Assembly (NCBI GenBank): GCA_017541885.1
Contig: JAFXYF010000014.1
Location: 1,930 to 65,929, forward strand
Direction: 5' to 3'
From: Bacilli bacterium
GTDB lineage: Bacteria > Bacillota_I > Bacilli_A > RF39 > UBA660
Length of the DNA: 64,000 nt
A program made the translations under genes and the position numbers. Positions 33,328-42,953 of this stretch are shown here, piece after piece; positions within the stretch are counted from its first letter, which is position 1, and every line of letters begins with the position of its first letter. The notes under the pieces are model-generated. The model did no database searches, was not told where the DNA came from, and saw only the letters and a program-made list of their open reading frames with translations.

Positions 33328-34881
33328 GTGAAAAAAATAGTTAAATTATTATTTGTATTTTTATTAGGATTCATGATTATTCCAATGGTACATGCAGAAG
33401 ATTTACCAACAGAAGGTGTTACTTATTTTATGGATTATCCTAATGGAGAAGAAGAAGTAACTCTTGAATATGATAAGGCAAATGACCCTGATGAAGTATT
33501 AATATTCAGTGGTATGACTGATTCAAATGGTAAAATCAATCTTTGTGATTGGTCTAGTACAGGACAACTTCGTATTGTACAAGAAGTACCTGCAGGATAT
33601 ACTACAACTACAAAAGAAGTTAAAGTAGATTTATCAAGAGATAATGTAGCTAGTTTTATTAACTATAGAGGATTAGATAATCCAAAGACAGGAAGATCAA
33701 TTCTAGTATTCTTAGGAATAATAGGAGTAGTAACAATAACAATTTTAGTATCAAGAAAAAATAAAAAGTCACTTCTAATAATTCCTATAATAGTAGGAGT
33801 TTTAGCAGTAACTTATGTAAAAGCAGAAACTTGTTTCTGTATTCAAGTAAAAGATGGTTCAGGAAAAGCTTTAGCAAATGTACATATAGATGTATATGCT
33901 AAGCCAAATAAAATTGAGGCATATCCAGCAATCGTATACGATGCAAATGGTGGAAAATTCTTTGATGGAAAAGAAAAAATGTATATACGTATTCCTCATG
34001 ATGATTGTACAAGCGAAGAATTCTATAGTTCTTTTACAATAGATGATTTTTCATACCTACAAGAAAACTTAGCTCTAGTATACAGAGATGGATATAGAAT
34101 GTCAGGAGCTTCGTATAATGGATCAAGTGAAATACCAACAACCCTTAAAAATGGAATGGTTTTAAAAATTGATTGGGAAGAACAAGAGGAATCTACTATA
34201 GTAGAAGTAAATGGAAATGGTGGAGTAATTAATTATCACGGAAAGAAAATAGAAAAATCATTTTTAAATTCAGTTACAAAATCATACGTTTTGAATAAAA
34301 TAACTACATCATTTACAAATGGAAATAAAAGATTCATTGGTTATGATACTAAAGCAGCATGTAGTAGATTTAATTCATATGGTATTCAAAATAATAACAA
34401 TTCTGAAAGTGATGAAAACGTTGAAGATTCAAAAATATACTATGCATGTTGGAATGAATCACCAGATGGAATATATGTTAATGATGAATTGTTTATTGGA
34501 ACAAATGACACATGCTTCAAAGAATCTAATGCAAGCATAAAATTAGGTGATAATGATGACTTTAGCTTATATAGTAATGAAGGATCAAATCTATATATAG
34601 GTGATTATACACTTGATGATATCTACTTAGTTTTAACAAAAGAAAGAATAATTGGTATATTAAATAACTACAATAATCCATTAGTACCACTTCCTGATTA
34701 TGATGGAAAGCAAGAAATAACAAAATTAGAAATTGTTAAAAATGGAGAAACAGTAGTATCTCTTACAGAAGATGATTTTGAGTATGATGGAGGTAATTAT
34801 TATATTTTAAATGATGATAAGAGACCTATTGTAATGAACTATATTGCTGTTCTAGATGAAAATGATTGTTTTGGAATATAA
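33328..34881 (+). CDS. Surface protein: signal peptide, CnaB/prealbumin-like domain, internal NPKTG sorting signal, second signal-like TM, 350-aa C-terminal domain
   Basis: GGAAG RBS before the GTG at 33328. Signal peptide ...IPMVHA|ED. TDSNGKINL...VQEVPAGYT pattern. NPKTG (33679-33693), then hydrophobic RSILVFLGIIGVVTITILVS and RKNKK. This is followed immediately by SLLIIPIIVGVLAVTYVKA|E. Confidence 0.65.
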   Translation: MKKIVKLLFVFLLGFMIIPMVHAEDLPTEGVTYFMDYPNGEEEVTLEYDKANDPDEVLIFSGMTDSNGKINLCDWSSTGQLRIVQEVPAGYTTTTKEVKVDLSRDNVASFINYRGLDNPKTGRSILVFLGIIGVVTITILVSRKNKKSLLIIPIIVGVLAVTYVKAETCFCIQVKDGSGKALANVHIDVYAKPNKIEAYPAIVYDANGGKFFDGKEKMYIRIPHDDCTSEEFYSSFTIDDFSYLQENLALVYRDGYRMSGASYNGSSEIPTTLKNGMVLKIDWEEQEESTIVEVNGNGGVINYHGKKIEKSFLNSVTKSYVLNKITTSFTNGNKRFIGYDTKAACSRFNSYGIQNNNNSESDENVEDSKIYYACWNESPDGIYVNDELFIGTNDTCFKESNASIKLGDNDDFSLYSNEGSNLYIGDYTLDDIYLVLTKERIIGILNNYNNPLVPLPDYDGKQEITKLEIVKNGETVVSLTEDDFEYDGGNYYILNDDKRPIVMNYIAVLDENDCFGI

Positions 34882-34883
34882 AA

Positions 34884-34909
34884 GAGAAGATATATATCTT
34901 CTTTTTTTT
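34884..34909 (+). terminator. Intrinsic terminator
   Basis: Stem GAAGATA/TATCTTC followed by T8. Confidence 0.7.
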
Positions 34910-34941
34910 ATTAGTGATATAATAAATTTATAGGAGGATTT

Positions 34942-36006
34942 ATGAAAAAATATTTAACATTATTATTAATACTTATTGCATTTATCTATGTACCAGTAAA
35001 TGCTAAAGTAGATAACTTTATGGCAGGAGGAAATGTAACATTTGATAAAGATGTAACAAAAACATCTTTTATTGCTGGAAATGATGTAGAGGTAAATAGT
35101 AGAATCAACGGTATTGGTTTTGTTGCTGGTAATAGAGTATCAGTATCAGGAAGTGAAGATTATTTATTTGCTGCAGGTAATAGTCTAAGCATTGATAAAG
35201 TAACTACAAAAGATATGTTTTTAGCAGGAAACAATATCGTAGTAAAAGATTCTAATGTAAGAGATCTATATGCAGCTGCTAGCTTTATTAGAATAGAGTC
35301 AAGAGTATCAAATAATCTATATTTAGGAGGAGATCATGTCTATATTAACTCTGAAATAGATGGAGATGCTTATGTTGCAGGAGATACTATTAGAATTGGA
35401 GATCAAGCAGTTATTCATGGTACATTAAATTATCCAAAAGAGTCTAAAATAACAATTTCAAAAACAGCAATTATTAAAGAAAAGAAAGCTTATAAAGGAG
35501 AAAAAGTAGAAGTAAATAAAACATCTCCAATTATAAGTAATATTGTAAGTACAATAATATCATTTGTATCAATGTTACTAATTGCCTTTGTTTTATATGC
35601 AATTTCTAAGAAATTATTTAAAGAATTTATAAAAATAAAAGCAAAAGCAGATAGCTTATTAAAAACAATTGGAATTGGTCTAATTACTTTAATAGTAGTA
35701 CCAGTATTATCATTCTTTGTAATGTTAACACTAATTGGTATTCCATTAAGTGTTTTAGTTCTAATGCTTTATGGAGTACTAATCTACTTATCAATTATTC
35801 CAACATCATATTATTTAGGAAATCTATTCTTAAAAGATAAGATTAAGAATGCTTACTTATTAGTATTTGTATCATTATTATGTATGTATATCTTAAAATC
35901 AATTCCATACTTAGGATGGATTATTGAATTCTTATCAATTGGCTTTGGATTAGGTATCTTTGTAAGTATGATAAAAGAAAAGATTAAAACAAAAGAAACA
36001 CGTTAA
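34942..36006 (+). CDS. Membrane protein with an extracytoplasmic beta-helix-like repeat domain (bactofilin/polymer-forming-like AGN repeats) and a C-terminal multi-TM domain
   Basis: Signal peptide, then repeats with a period of about 20 aa (FIAGNDVEV, FVAGNRVSV, FAAGNSLSI, FLAGNNIVV, YVAGDTIRI), then 4-5 TM helices. Confidence 0.4.
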   Translation: MKKYLTLLLILIAFIYVPVNAKVDNFMAGGNVTFDKDVTKTSFIAGNDVEVNSRINGIGFVAGNRVSVSGSEDYLFAAGNSLSIDKVTTKDMFLAGNNIVVKDSNVRDLYAAASFIRIESRVSNNLYLGGDHVYINSEIDGDAYVAGDTIRIGDQAVIHGTLNYPKESKITISKTAIIKEKKAYKGEKVEVNKTSPIISNIVSTIISFVSMLLIAFVLYAISKKLFKEFIKIKAKADSLLKTIGIGLITLIVVPVLSFFVMLTLIGIPLSVLVLMLYGVLIYLSIIPTSYYLGNLFLKDKIKNAYLLVFVSLLCMYILKSIPYLGWIIEFLSIGFGLGIFVSMIKEKIKTKETR

Positions 36007-36022
36007 TAATACGTGTTTTTTT
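35997..36022 (+). terminator. Intrinsic terminator
   Basis: Stem AACACGT/ACGTGTT followed by T7. Confidence 0.7.
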
Positions 36023-36047
36023 ATGATATAATTAATACGGTGATATT

Positions 36048-36890
36048 ATGGACGGTGTAATAGTAATTAATAAACCAAAAGGTATTACTTCATTTGATGT
36101 AGTACATGAAGTTAGTAGATTTTTAGAAATAAAGAAAGTAGGGCATACTGGTACTCTAGATCCTTTAGCAGAAGGAGTATTAATTGTCTGTGTAGGTCAG
36201 GCTACTAAAATTGCTGAATTACTAACAAGTTATGATAAATAGTATATTGCAGGAGTAGAATTAGGAATTGAAACTGATACTTATGATATAGAAGGAAAAG
36301 TTCTAGAAGAAAAAGAAGTAGGAGACAATCTACCAATAAAAGAAGTTTTAGATTCATACAAAAAAACATATCTTCAAGAAGTACCAATTTATTCTGCAGT
36401 AAAAGTAAATGGTAAGAAATTATATGAATATGCAAGAGAGAATATTGAAGTAGAATTACCTAAAAAAGAAGTAACTATTAAAGATATAGAATTATTAGAA
36501 AATAACAATAAAACATTTAAATTTAGAGCATTTGTTACTAAAGGATGTTATATCAGAAGTCTTATTCATGATATTGGCCAATCTTTAGGTACAGGAGCAA
36601 CAATGACATCTCTAATTAGAACTAAACAAGGAAGTACTAGTATTGAAGAATCATGTACTTTAGAAGAGTTTAAACAAGGTAAATTTAAATTAAAAAGTAT
36701 AGAAGAAGTATTAGATATGCCAATAATTGTAGTAGATTCTGATTTAGAGTTTAGAATCAAAAATGGACAAAAACTTCATAATAATTGGGGTATAGTAGAT
36801 AAAGTATTATTTAAAAGTGAAGATAATAAACTATTAGGTATTTATGAAGTAGAAGAAAATCACTTAAGAGTGTGGAAAAACTTTTATTAA
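36048..36890 (+). pseudogene. truB: tRNA pseudouridine(55) synthase TruB interrupted by a single in-frame TAG (36240-36242)
   Basis: N-terminal part carries the catalytic motif [14 protein letters not shown]. After TAG the same frame continues YIAGVELGIETDTYD...PIYSAVKVNGKKLYEYAR... to 36890 with no further stops. The ORF track splits it into 36048-36242 and 36603-36890 in the same frame. Confidence 0.85.
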
Positions 36891-36937
36891 AATTTCTTTG
36901 TATTTTAAAGAAAATGTGTTATAATACAAACTGAAAG

Positions 36938-36975
36938 GAGTGGGAAAGAAATTTACCCACTCTTCTTATTTATTA
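36938..36975 (+). promoter_or_regulatory. Leader hairpin of the rimP-nusA-infB operon (possible attenuator)
   Basis: An extended -10 (TGTTATAAT, 36917-36925) is followed by the stem GAGTGGG (36938-36944)/CCCACTC (36956-36962) and a T-rich tract before the rimP RBS. Confidence 0.35.
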
Positions 36976-36986
36976 GGAGGTGACTT

Positions 36987-37238
36987 ATGAAAGAAAAAAT
37001 TGCTAGTCTTGTAGATGAATCTATTAAGGAATTAAATGTCTTTGTAGATGATGCATTTATAAGTACAGAGGAAGGAAAAAAGATATTTAATATTGTCCTT
37101 GATAGCGAAGAAGTAATTGACTTAAATAAAGTAACAGAAGCCTCAAGAATAATAAATAAAATAATAGATGCAAATGAAAGTTTATTAGAAGATGCTGATG
37201 AACTTGACATTTACTCTAAAGAGAAGGGAGATAAGTAG
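36987..37238 (+). CDS. rimP: Ribosome maturation factor RimP, N-terminal domain only (83 aa)
   Basis: Position immediately upstream of nusA and a RimP-like N-terminal pattern (IASLVDESIKELNVFVDDAF...). It is about half the usual length. Confidence 0.6.
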   Translation: MKEKIASLVDESIKELNVFVDDAFISTEEGKKIFNIVLDSEEVIDLNKVTEASRIINKIIDANESLLEDADELDIYSKEKGDK

Positions 37239-37244
37239 GAAAAA

Positions 37245-38453
37245 ATGAACGGAAAGGAATTTAAAGCTGCACTAGATAACATCGTAAAAGAAAAAGATAT
37301 TGATCCAGAAGTAGTATATAGTGCAATGGAATTAGCTCTTACATCTGCATACAAAAAGAATTTTAATTCTAAAACAAATGTAAAAGTATTATTTGATCGT
37401 GAAACTGGTGAGATTAAAGTATACTCATTCTTAACAGTAGTAGCAGATGATAAGATGACTAAGGAAGAGTATGATGACGCATTATTTGAACGTTATGCTG
37501 AAGATGATGAGTTAGATACTAAACAAGAAGAAGTAGAAGAGGTTGCTGAAGGAGAAGAAGGAGAAGAGAAAGAAGAAAAAGAAACTATCACATTCTTCAA
37601 TCCTGAAACTGAAATTAAATTAAGTGATGCTAAGAAGATTGATAAGACTCTAGAGATTGGAGATACTATTGATACAGAAGTAACTCCAAAAGACTTTGGT
37701 AGAGTTGCAACTTCAACAGCTAAACAAGTAGTAACACAAAAGATTAGAGAAGCTGAAAGAAATAGTATTATGGAAGAATATGGAGACAAACAAGATGAAT
37801 TACTAATCGGAACAGTTGCTCTAGAAGATACAGATAATTACTTTATTGATTTAGGAAGAACTAATGGTATCTTACCTAAGAAAGATTGTATCCCAGGAGA
37901 AAAAATCGAAATGGGATCACAAATTAAAGTATATGTATCTAAAGTAGATAATAATGGAAAGAGTTTATTAATTCTTTTAAGTAGAGCTCATTATGGTTTT
38001 GTTAAAAGATTATTTGAACTTGAAATTCCAGAAATTAATGATGGAACAGTAATGATTTACTCAGTTGCTAGAGATCCTGGAAATAGAAGTAAAGTTGCTG
38101 TTTACTCAGAAAATCCAAATGTTGATCCAATTGGAGCATGTATTGGAGAAAAAGGTTCTAGAATTGCTAGAATTATTAATGAATTACACGGTGAAAAATT
38201 AGACGTTGTTAAATATGACACTGATCCAGCTGTATTTATTGAAAATGCACTATCACCAGCAAAGAATTTAACAGTTGCTATCACAGATCCTAAGAAATTA
38301 GAAGCAATGGTTATAGCTGATGGAGATAACTTCTCATTAGCAATTGGTAAGAAAGGTCAAAATGCTCGTCTTGCAACACGTTTAACTAAATTCAAGAAGA
38401 TTGATATTAAGACAACTGAACAAGCAAGAGAAGCAGGAATTAATTTTAGATAA
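37245..38453 (+). CDS. nusA: Transcription termination/antitermination factor NusA
   Basis: N-terminal domain, S1 (DFGRVATSTAKQVVTQKIREAER) and two KH domains (GACIGEKGSRIA, AIGKKGQNARLA). Carries an acidic insertion (EEVEEVAEGEEGEEKEEKE). Confidence 0.95.
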   Translation: MNGKEFKAALDNIVKEKDIDPEVVYSAMELALTSAYKKNFNSKTNVKVLFDRETGEIKVYSFLTVVADDKMTKEEYDDALFERYAEDDELDTKQEEVEEVAEGEEGEEKEEKETITFFNPETEIKLSDAKKIDKTLEIGDTIDTEVTPKDFGRVATSTAKQVVTQKIREAERNSIMEEYGDKQDELLIGTVALEDTDNYFIDLGRTNGILPKKDCIPGEKIEMGSQIKVYVSKVDNNGKSLLILLSRAHYGFVKRLFELEIPEINDGTVMIYSVARDPGNRSKVAVYSENPNVDPIGACIGEKGSRIARIINELHGEKLDVVKYDTDPAVFIENALSPAKNLTVAITDPKKLEAMVIADGDNFSLAIGKKGQNARLATRLTKFKKIDIKTTEQAREAGINFR

Positions 38454-38716
38454 TGAAAACTAAAAAAATACCTTTAAGAACTTGTGTAGTAACAAAAGAA
38501 TCACTACCTAAAAAAGATCTACTAAGAATAGTAAGAACTCCATATGGAGACATTGAAGTAGATGAAACAGGAAAGTTAAATGGTAGAGGTGCATATATTA
38601 AAAAAGACTTAAATGTTTTAGAACAAGCTAAAAAGTCAAAAATCTTAGAAAAAAGATTAGAAATTGCAATAGAGGATAGTGTCTATGAAAAAATAAAAGA
38701 ATGTATAGAAAAGTGA
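38453..38716 (+). CDS. ylxR: YlxR/RnpM family (DUF448) RNA-binding protein
   Basis: Motif PLRTCVVTKE...LLRIV...GRGAYI. Lies between nusA and infB. Confidence 0.85.
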   Translation: MKTKKIPLRTCVVTKESLPKKDLLRIVRTPYGDIEVDETGKLNGRGAYIKKDLNVLEQAKKSKILEKRLEIAIEDSVYEKIKECIEK

Positions 38717-38726
38717 GGTGGATAAT

Positions 38727-40862
38727 ATGATGACTTTAGAAGATTATGCATTAGATGTTGGAAAAACAGTAGAAGAGATTGAAGCATTATGTGATAAAGT
38801 TGGAATTTCCTATCAAGATGAGAATTCATTATTAGATGATGTAAGTATTACTCTATTAGATAATGAATTACAAGATGCTGAGGATTATATTGGAGATGAC
38901 TCTGAAGATCTAGAAGAGCAAAGAATTGAAGAAGAAGTAGAAGATAAAGCTGAAGAACTTGCATATGATACAAAGATTGATTTAGAAACTACATCTTTTA
39001 CAAAAGTTAAACCAAAGAACTCTCAGAAACAAGAAAACACTAAAAAAGATTTCTTAAAAGAAAGAAAGAAAATCTATAAGCATAGAGAGAAATTACAAAG
39101 TAATGAAGTAGAGCAAGATGAAAATGTAATTCTTTATAAAAAAGGAATGACAGTAACAGAACTTGCAGAAGCTTTAGAAGTTGCTCCTGTTGAAATGGTT
39201 AAAAAACTTATGGGACTAGGAGTAATGGCAGGAGTTAATCAACCAGTTGATTATGATTCTGCAGAAGTAATTGCATCTGAATATGACAAAGTATTAAAGA
39301 AAGAAGAAACTCAAGATATTTCTAACTTTGAAAATTATGAAATAGAAGATAGAGCTGAAGACTTAGAAGAACGTCCTCCAGTAGTAACTATTATGGGTCA
39401 CGTAGATCATGGTAAAACAACTCTATTAGACGCAATCAGAAATACTGATGTAGTTGCTGGAGAAGCAGGAGGAATCACTCAAGCAATTGGTGCTTACTCT
39501 GTTAAATGTAATGGTAAATTAATTACCTTTATTGATACTCCAGGACATGCTGCATTTACTGAAATGCGTGCAAGAGGTGCTCAAATTACAGATATCGTAA
39601 TTATTATTGTCGCAGCAGATGATGGTATAATGCCTCAAACAGTAGAAGCAATTGATCATGCTAAAGCTGCAGGAGTACCAATAATTGTTGCTATTAATAA
39701 AATTGATAAACCAGAAGCTAATCCAGATCGTATAATGACTGCCTTAGTAGAAAATGGTCTTACTCCAGAAGAATGGGGTGGAAATATTATTGTAAATAAG
39801 ATTTCTGCTAAAACTGGTGTAGGAATTGATGAATTATTAGAAAATATTTTATTAGTAGCAGAAATGCAAGAATATAAAGCAAATCCAAATAGATATGCAA
39901 CAGGAACAGTAATTGAATCTAAGAAAGATTCTAAAGTAGGTTCAGTCGCAACATTATTAATTCAAAATGGTACTCTACGTTTAGGAGATCCAATTGTAAT
40001 TGGTAACTATTATGGAAAAGTAAGAACACTAAAAGATGATAAAGGAAACAATATCATTGAAGCTAAACCATCTATTCCAGTAGAAGTAACAGGTATATCT
40101 GAAATACCTTCAGCTGGAGATAAATTCATGGCTTTTGAATCTGAAAAACAAGCAAAAGAAATAGCTCATGAAAGAGAGCTAAGAAGTAAAGAAGCAGATA
40201 CTAACTTTAGTGGAATGAGTCTAGAAGATTTATTCGGTAGAATTAAAGAAGGACAAAAAGAAATCAATGTCGTACTTAAAGCAGATGTTAATGGTTCTCT
40301 AGAAGCTGTTAAAAATGCTTTAGAAAAGATTGATGTTGAAGGTGTTAAAGTATCTGTAATTAGAGGTGGAGTAGGAGCAATCACTGAAAGTGATGTAGTT
40401 TTAGCTAGTGCATCTCATGCAATTATCATTGGATTCAATGTTAGAGGTAATGCTTCTACAATGGATACTGCTAAACAATATGGTATTGATATTAAGACAT
40501 ATGATATTATCTATAAGGTAGTAGAAGATGCTGAAAATGCTATGAAGGGAATGCTTGAACCAGAATTTGAAGAAAAAGTTATTGGTACTGCTGAAATCAG
40601 ACAAATCTTTAAATTCTCAAAAGTAGGTTTAATAGCTGGATGCCATGTAACAAGTGGTGTTATTAAAAATAATTTAAAAGCAAGAATTATCAGAGATGAT
40701 ATAGTTGTTTATAATGGATCAGTAAATTCATTACAACATGAAAAAGATCAAGTAAAAGAAGTTAAAAAGGATATGGACTGTGGTATGACTCTAGAGAATT
40801 GTCAAGATTATAAAGAAGGAGATATCATTGAAGTATACGAATTAGTAGAGATCAAGAGATAA
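38727..40862 (+). CDS. infB: Translation initiation factor IF-2
   Basis: GTPase motifs [19 protein letters not shown]-terminal IF2 domains. GAGGTGG RBS before the ATG at 38727. Confidence 0.95.
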   Translation: MMTLEDYALDVGKTVEEIEALCDKVGISYQDENSLLDDVSITLLDNELQDAEDYIGDDSEDLEEQRIEEEVEDKAEELAYDTKIDLETTSFTKVKPKNSQKQENTKKDFLKERKKIYKHREKLQSNEVEQDENVILYKKGMTVTELAEALEVAPVEMVKKLMGLGVMAGVNQPVDYDSAEVIASEYDKVLKKEETQDISNFENYEIEDRAEDLEERPPVVTIMGHVDHGKTTLLDAIRNTDVVAGEAGGITQAIGAYSVKCNGKLITFIDTPGHAAFTEMRARGAQITDIVIIIVAADDGIMPQTVEAIDHAKAAGVPIIVAINKIDKPEANPDRIMTALVENGLTPEEWGGNIIVNKISAKTGVGIDELLENILLVAEMQEYKANPNRYATGTVIESKKDSKVGSVATLLIQNGTLRLGDPIVIGNYYGKVRTLKDDKGNNIIEAKPSIPVEVTGISEIPSAGDKFMAFESEKQAKEIAHERELRSKEADTNFSGMSLEDLFGRIKEGQKEINVVLKADVNGSLEAVKNALEKIDVEGVKVSVIRGGVGAITESDVVLASASHAIIIGFNVRGNASTMDTAKQYGIDIKTYDIIYKVVEDAENAMKGMLEPEFEEKVIGTAEIRQIFKFSKVGLIAGCHVTSGVIKNNLKARIIRDDIVVYNGSVNSLQHEKDQVKEVKKDMDCGMTLENCQDYKEGDIIEVYELVEIKR

Positions 40863-40872
40863 AATTATAAAC

Positions 40873-41268
40873 ATGAAAAAAACAATAAAAGAAGATCAAG
40901 AAAGATTAGTGTTATATAGTGAATTATTAAATGATAACTCTCTATTAGAGTTTGTCGCAGGAGAAGGCTTCATGAATGTAGTAGTTCGCTATATAGAAAG
41001 TCCATCTTCAGGAATGAGAGAACATACATTAATTCATATGAATATTGTAGATTATATGAAACATCAAAATAACCTTATCAGAGTAAATGAGGACAGAACC
41101 GCAATTGCTACTTATCTTCCAACTGATAATGGTTATGAATTAAAAGATGTATATGATACAGTTAATCATGAATTTGGTATACCTGAATTTACAGACTTAG
41201 AATATCAAAAAAGTTTTAAACAAGAAGGAGAAGCTTTAGTATATTCAAAAAAACCAAATAAAAGATAA
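40873..41268 (+). CDS. Hypothetical protein occupying the ylxP position between infB and rbfA
   Basis: 131-aa ORF with no motif I recognise. It does not resemble DUF503/YlxP by eye. Confidence 0.4.
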   Translation: MKKTIKEDQERLVLYSELLNDNSLLEFVAGEGFMNVVVRYIESPSSGMREHTLIHMNIVDYMKHQNNLIRVNEDRTAIATYLPTDNGYELKDVYDTVNHEFGIPEFTDLEYQKSFKQEGEALVYSKKPNKR

Positions 41269-41279
41269 GGAGTGATATA

Positions 41280-41621
41280 ATGAGTATCAAGATAGAAAGA
41301 TTAAATCATACTTATCAAGAAGCAATAAGTACTATTCTAATGCGTGAAGTAAAGGATCAGGAAATTAAATTTGTTACAGTAACGGGAGTAGAAGTAACAA
41401 ATGATTTAAGTTTTGCTAAAGTTTACTACACAGTATTAGATAAAGAGAAAAAAGAATCAACCAAACAAGCTTTAGAAAAGGCAGCTCCATTTATACGTAC
41501 TAAATTGGCCGAAAAAGTAGAAGTACGTCATACTCCAGAGTTAAGATTTATCTATGATGAATCAATTGCTTATGGAGAACATATTGAGTCGCTAATTAAA
41601 GAAATCAAGGAAAAAGAATAA
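41280..41621 (+). CDS. rbfA: Ribosome-binding factor A
   Basis: Typical RbfA pattern (RLNHTYQEAISTIL...VTVTGVEVTNDLSFAKVYY...RHTPELRFIYDES). Confidence 0.9.
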   Translation: MSIKIERLNHTYQEAISTILMREVKDQEIKFVTVTGVEVTNDLSFAKVYYTVLDKEKKESTKQALEKAAPFIRTKLAEKVEVRHTPELRFIYDESIAYGEHIESLIKEIKEKE

Positions 41622-41635
41622 GAGGTGGAATGTTA

Positions 41636-42202
41636 ATGAAAAAAAAGCAATTAGTAGAAGAATACAACGATTGCTGGATTTACGTGCTATTACTCACAAC
41701 ATTAACAATATTAATTCAATCAGTAAAAAGTTATAAGTTTATGTTTATGGGATGTGAATTAGGATATAATATTTTTCTAATCCCAGGAATTTATTTCTTA
41801 TCAAATTATATTTGTAAGAAATATGACTATAAAAAAGCGATAGCCGCAATAGCTATCTCTGGAGTAATCTTTGTAGGATTTATAGTTACTATGGAATTTG
41901 CTTTAGGTAAAGGATTAGTACTATCTACTCTAGTAGGTGATTTTTGTGGATATGTAGTAAGTCAATTTGTAAACTTAATGATTTATGTATTTTTACTAAA
42001 CAATACTAGAAGTCCATATATATTAGTATTATTAAATTATATATTCTCAATTATTGTTTATTATATGATTTATACATTAATGTATTTAAACTTAGTAATA
42101 CAAGATGGATACTGGTTAAAATACTTTATCACAATAGGTATTGATGCAGTAATATGTTTAGTAGTTGCCTTGATTGATAAGAGAATAAAAAGAGGTATTT
42201 AA
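41636..42202 (+). CDS. Polytopic membrane protein, possibly a second VUT/DUF165-like transporter
   Basis: GAGGTGG lies 7 nt before the ATG at 41636. About 6 TM helices. Size and organisation resemble the YhhQ-like protein at 6259. The assignment is tentative. Confidence 0.3.
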   Translation: MKKKQLVEEYNDCWIYVLLLTTLTILIQSVKSYKFMFMGCELGYNIFLIPGIYFLSNYICKKYDYKKAIAAIAISGVIFVGFIVTMEFALGKGLVLSTLVGDFCGYVVSQFVNLMIYVFLLNNTRSPYILVLLNYIFSIIVYYMIYTLMYLNLVIQDGYWLKYFITIGIDAVICLVVALIDKRIKRGI

Positions 42203-42214
42203 TACCTCTTTTTT

Positions 42215-42943
42215 TTATTCATGAAATTGTCTATTGTATAAGAATTTATAGAAGAAGAATCCAACTATTAATACTCCAACTATAATAAAGAATTCTATAA
42301 TTGCTAAAGTATCATGATCAATATGTTTTTGTAATACTCCATAAGATGTAGCCATACTTTTCTTATTACGCATAACTTTATAATAGATATCTACATTATC
42401 TTTATTATATTTATCAATAACCCATTGAGTTTTACCATCAATATAAGTTCCATTACTATATTGATCAGGATAGATAGAAGATACTTCAATAACCATTGTC
42501 TTATCTTGTAAACAATAGAAAGCACCTTTTAAATCAATTTCTAAGTAATCATCTTCATCTTTAATAGAAGGCTTTTCAAAACATGTATTAATATAATTTG
42601 AATTAACAAAATCTTTTTCTAAGTAGTTGAAGTCAAGTTGAGCTTCAACTGCTTTTTTAAATTGATTAATATTCTTACCATAATAAGTATAAACATTATT
42701 ATGAATTGGTCTTGAGAAGTTATCTATCAATAATATGTATTCAAGTGAATCATAATCAGAATCCATACTATTAACTGCAAGTTCATAAGCATTTGATGGA
42801 AAAGTAAATGTAATATTCTCTTTATAATAATTACTAATATCTAGACTATAGAATATTGTATTAACATCATGTTCTGCTTCTCCTAAAGAACAACCAGTAA
42901 CAAATAAAACAATTACAAATAAAGATATAATTATTTTTTTCAT
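42215..42943 (-). CDS. Lipoprotein with an additional C-terminal TM helix, unknown function
   Basis: Lipobox LFVTGC at the N-terminus. C-terminal TM LAIIEFFIIVGVLIVGFFFY. Last gene of the minus-strand three-gene module. Confidence 0.6.
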   Translation of the reverse strand: MKKIIISLFVIVLFVTGCSLGEAEHDVNTIFYSLDISNYYKENITFTFPSNAYELAVNSMDSDYDSLEYILLIDNFSRPIHNNVYTYYGKNINQFKKAVEAQLDFNYLEKDFVNSNYINTCFEKPSIKDEDDYLEIDLKGAFYCLQDKTMVIEVSSIYPDQYSNGTYIDGKTQWVIDKYNKDNVDIYYKVMRNKKSMATSYGVLQKHIDHDTLAIIEFFIIVGVLIVGFFFYKFLYNRQFHE

Positions 42944-42953
42944 ATTTTACCCC

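Noticed and set aside
36240-36242. In-frame TAG in truB as evidence of a reassigned genetic code (e.g. pyrrolysine or a sense TAG)
   Set aside because: TAG clearly terminates other genes at their expected ends (valS at 6171-6173; the membrane protein at 10825-10827), each followed by a terminator. Genome-wide reassignment is therefore not supported.
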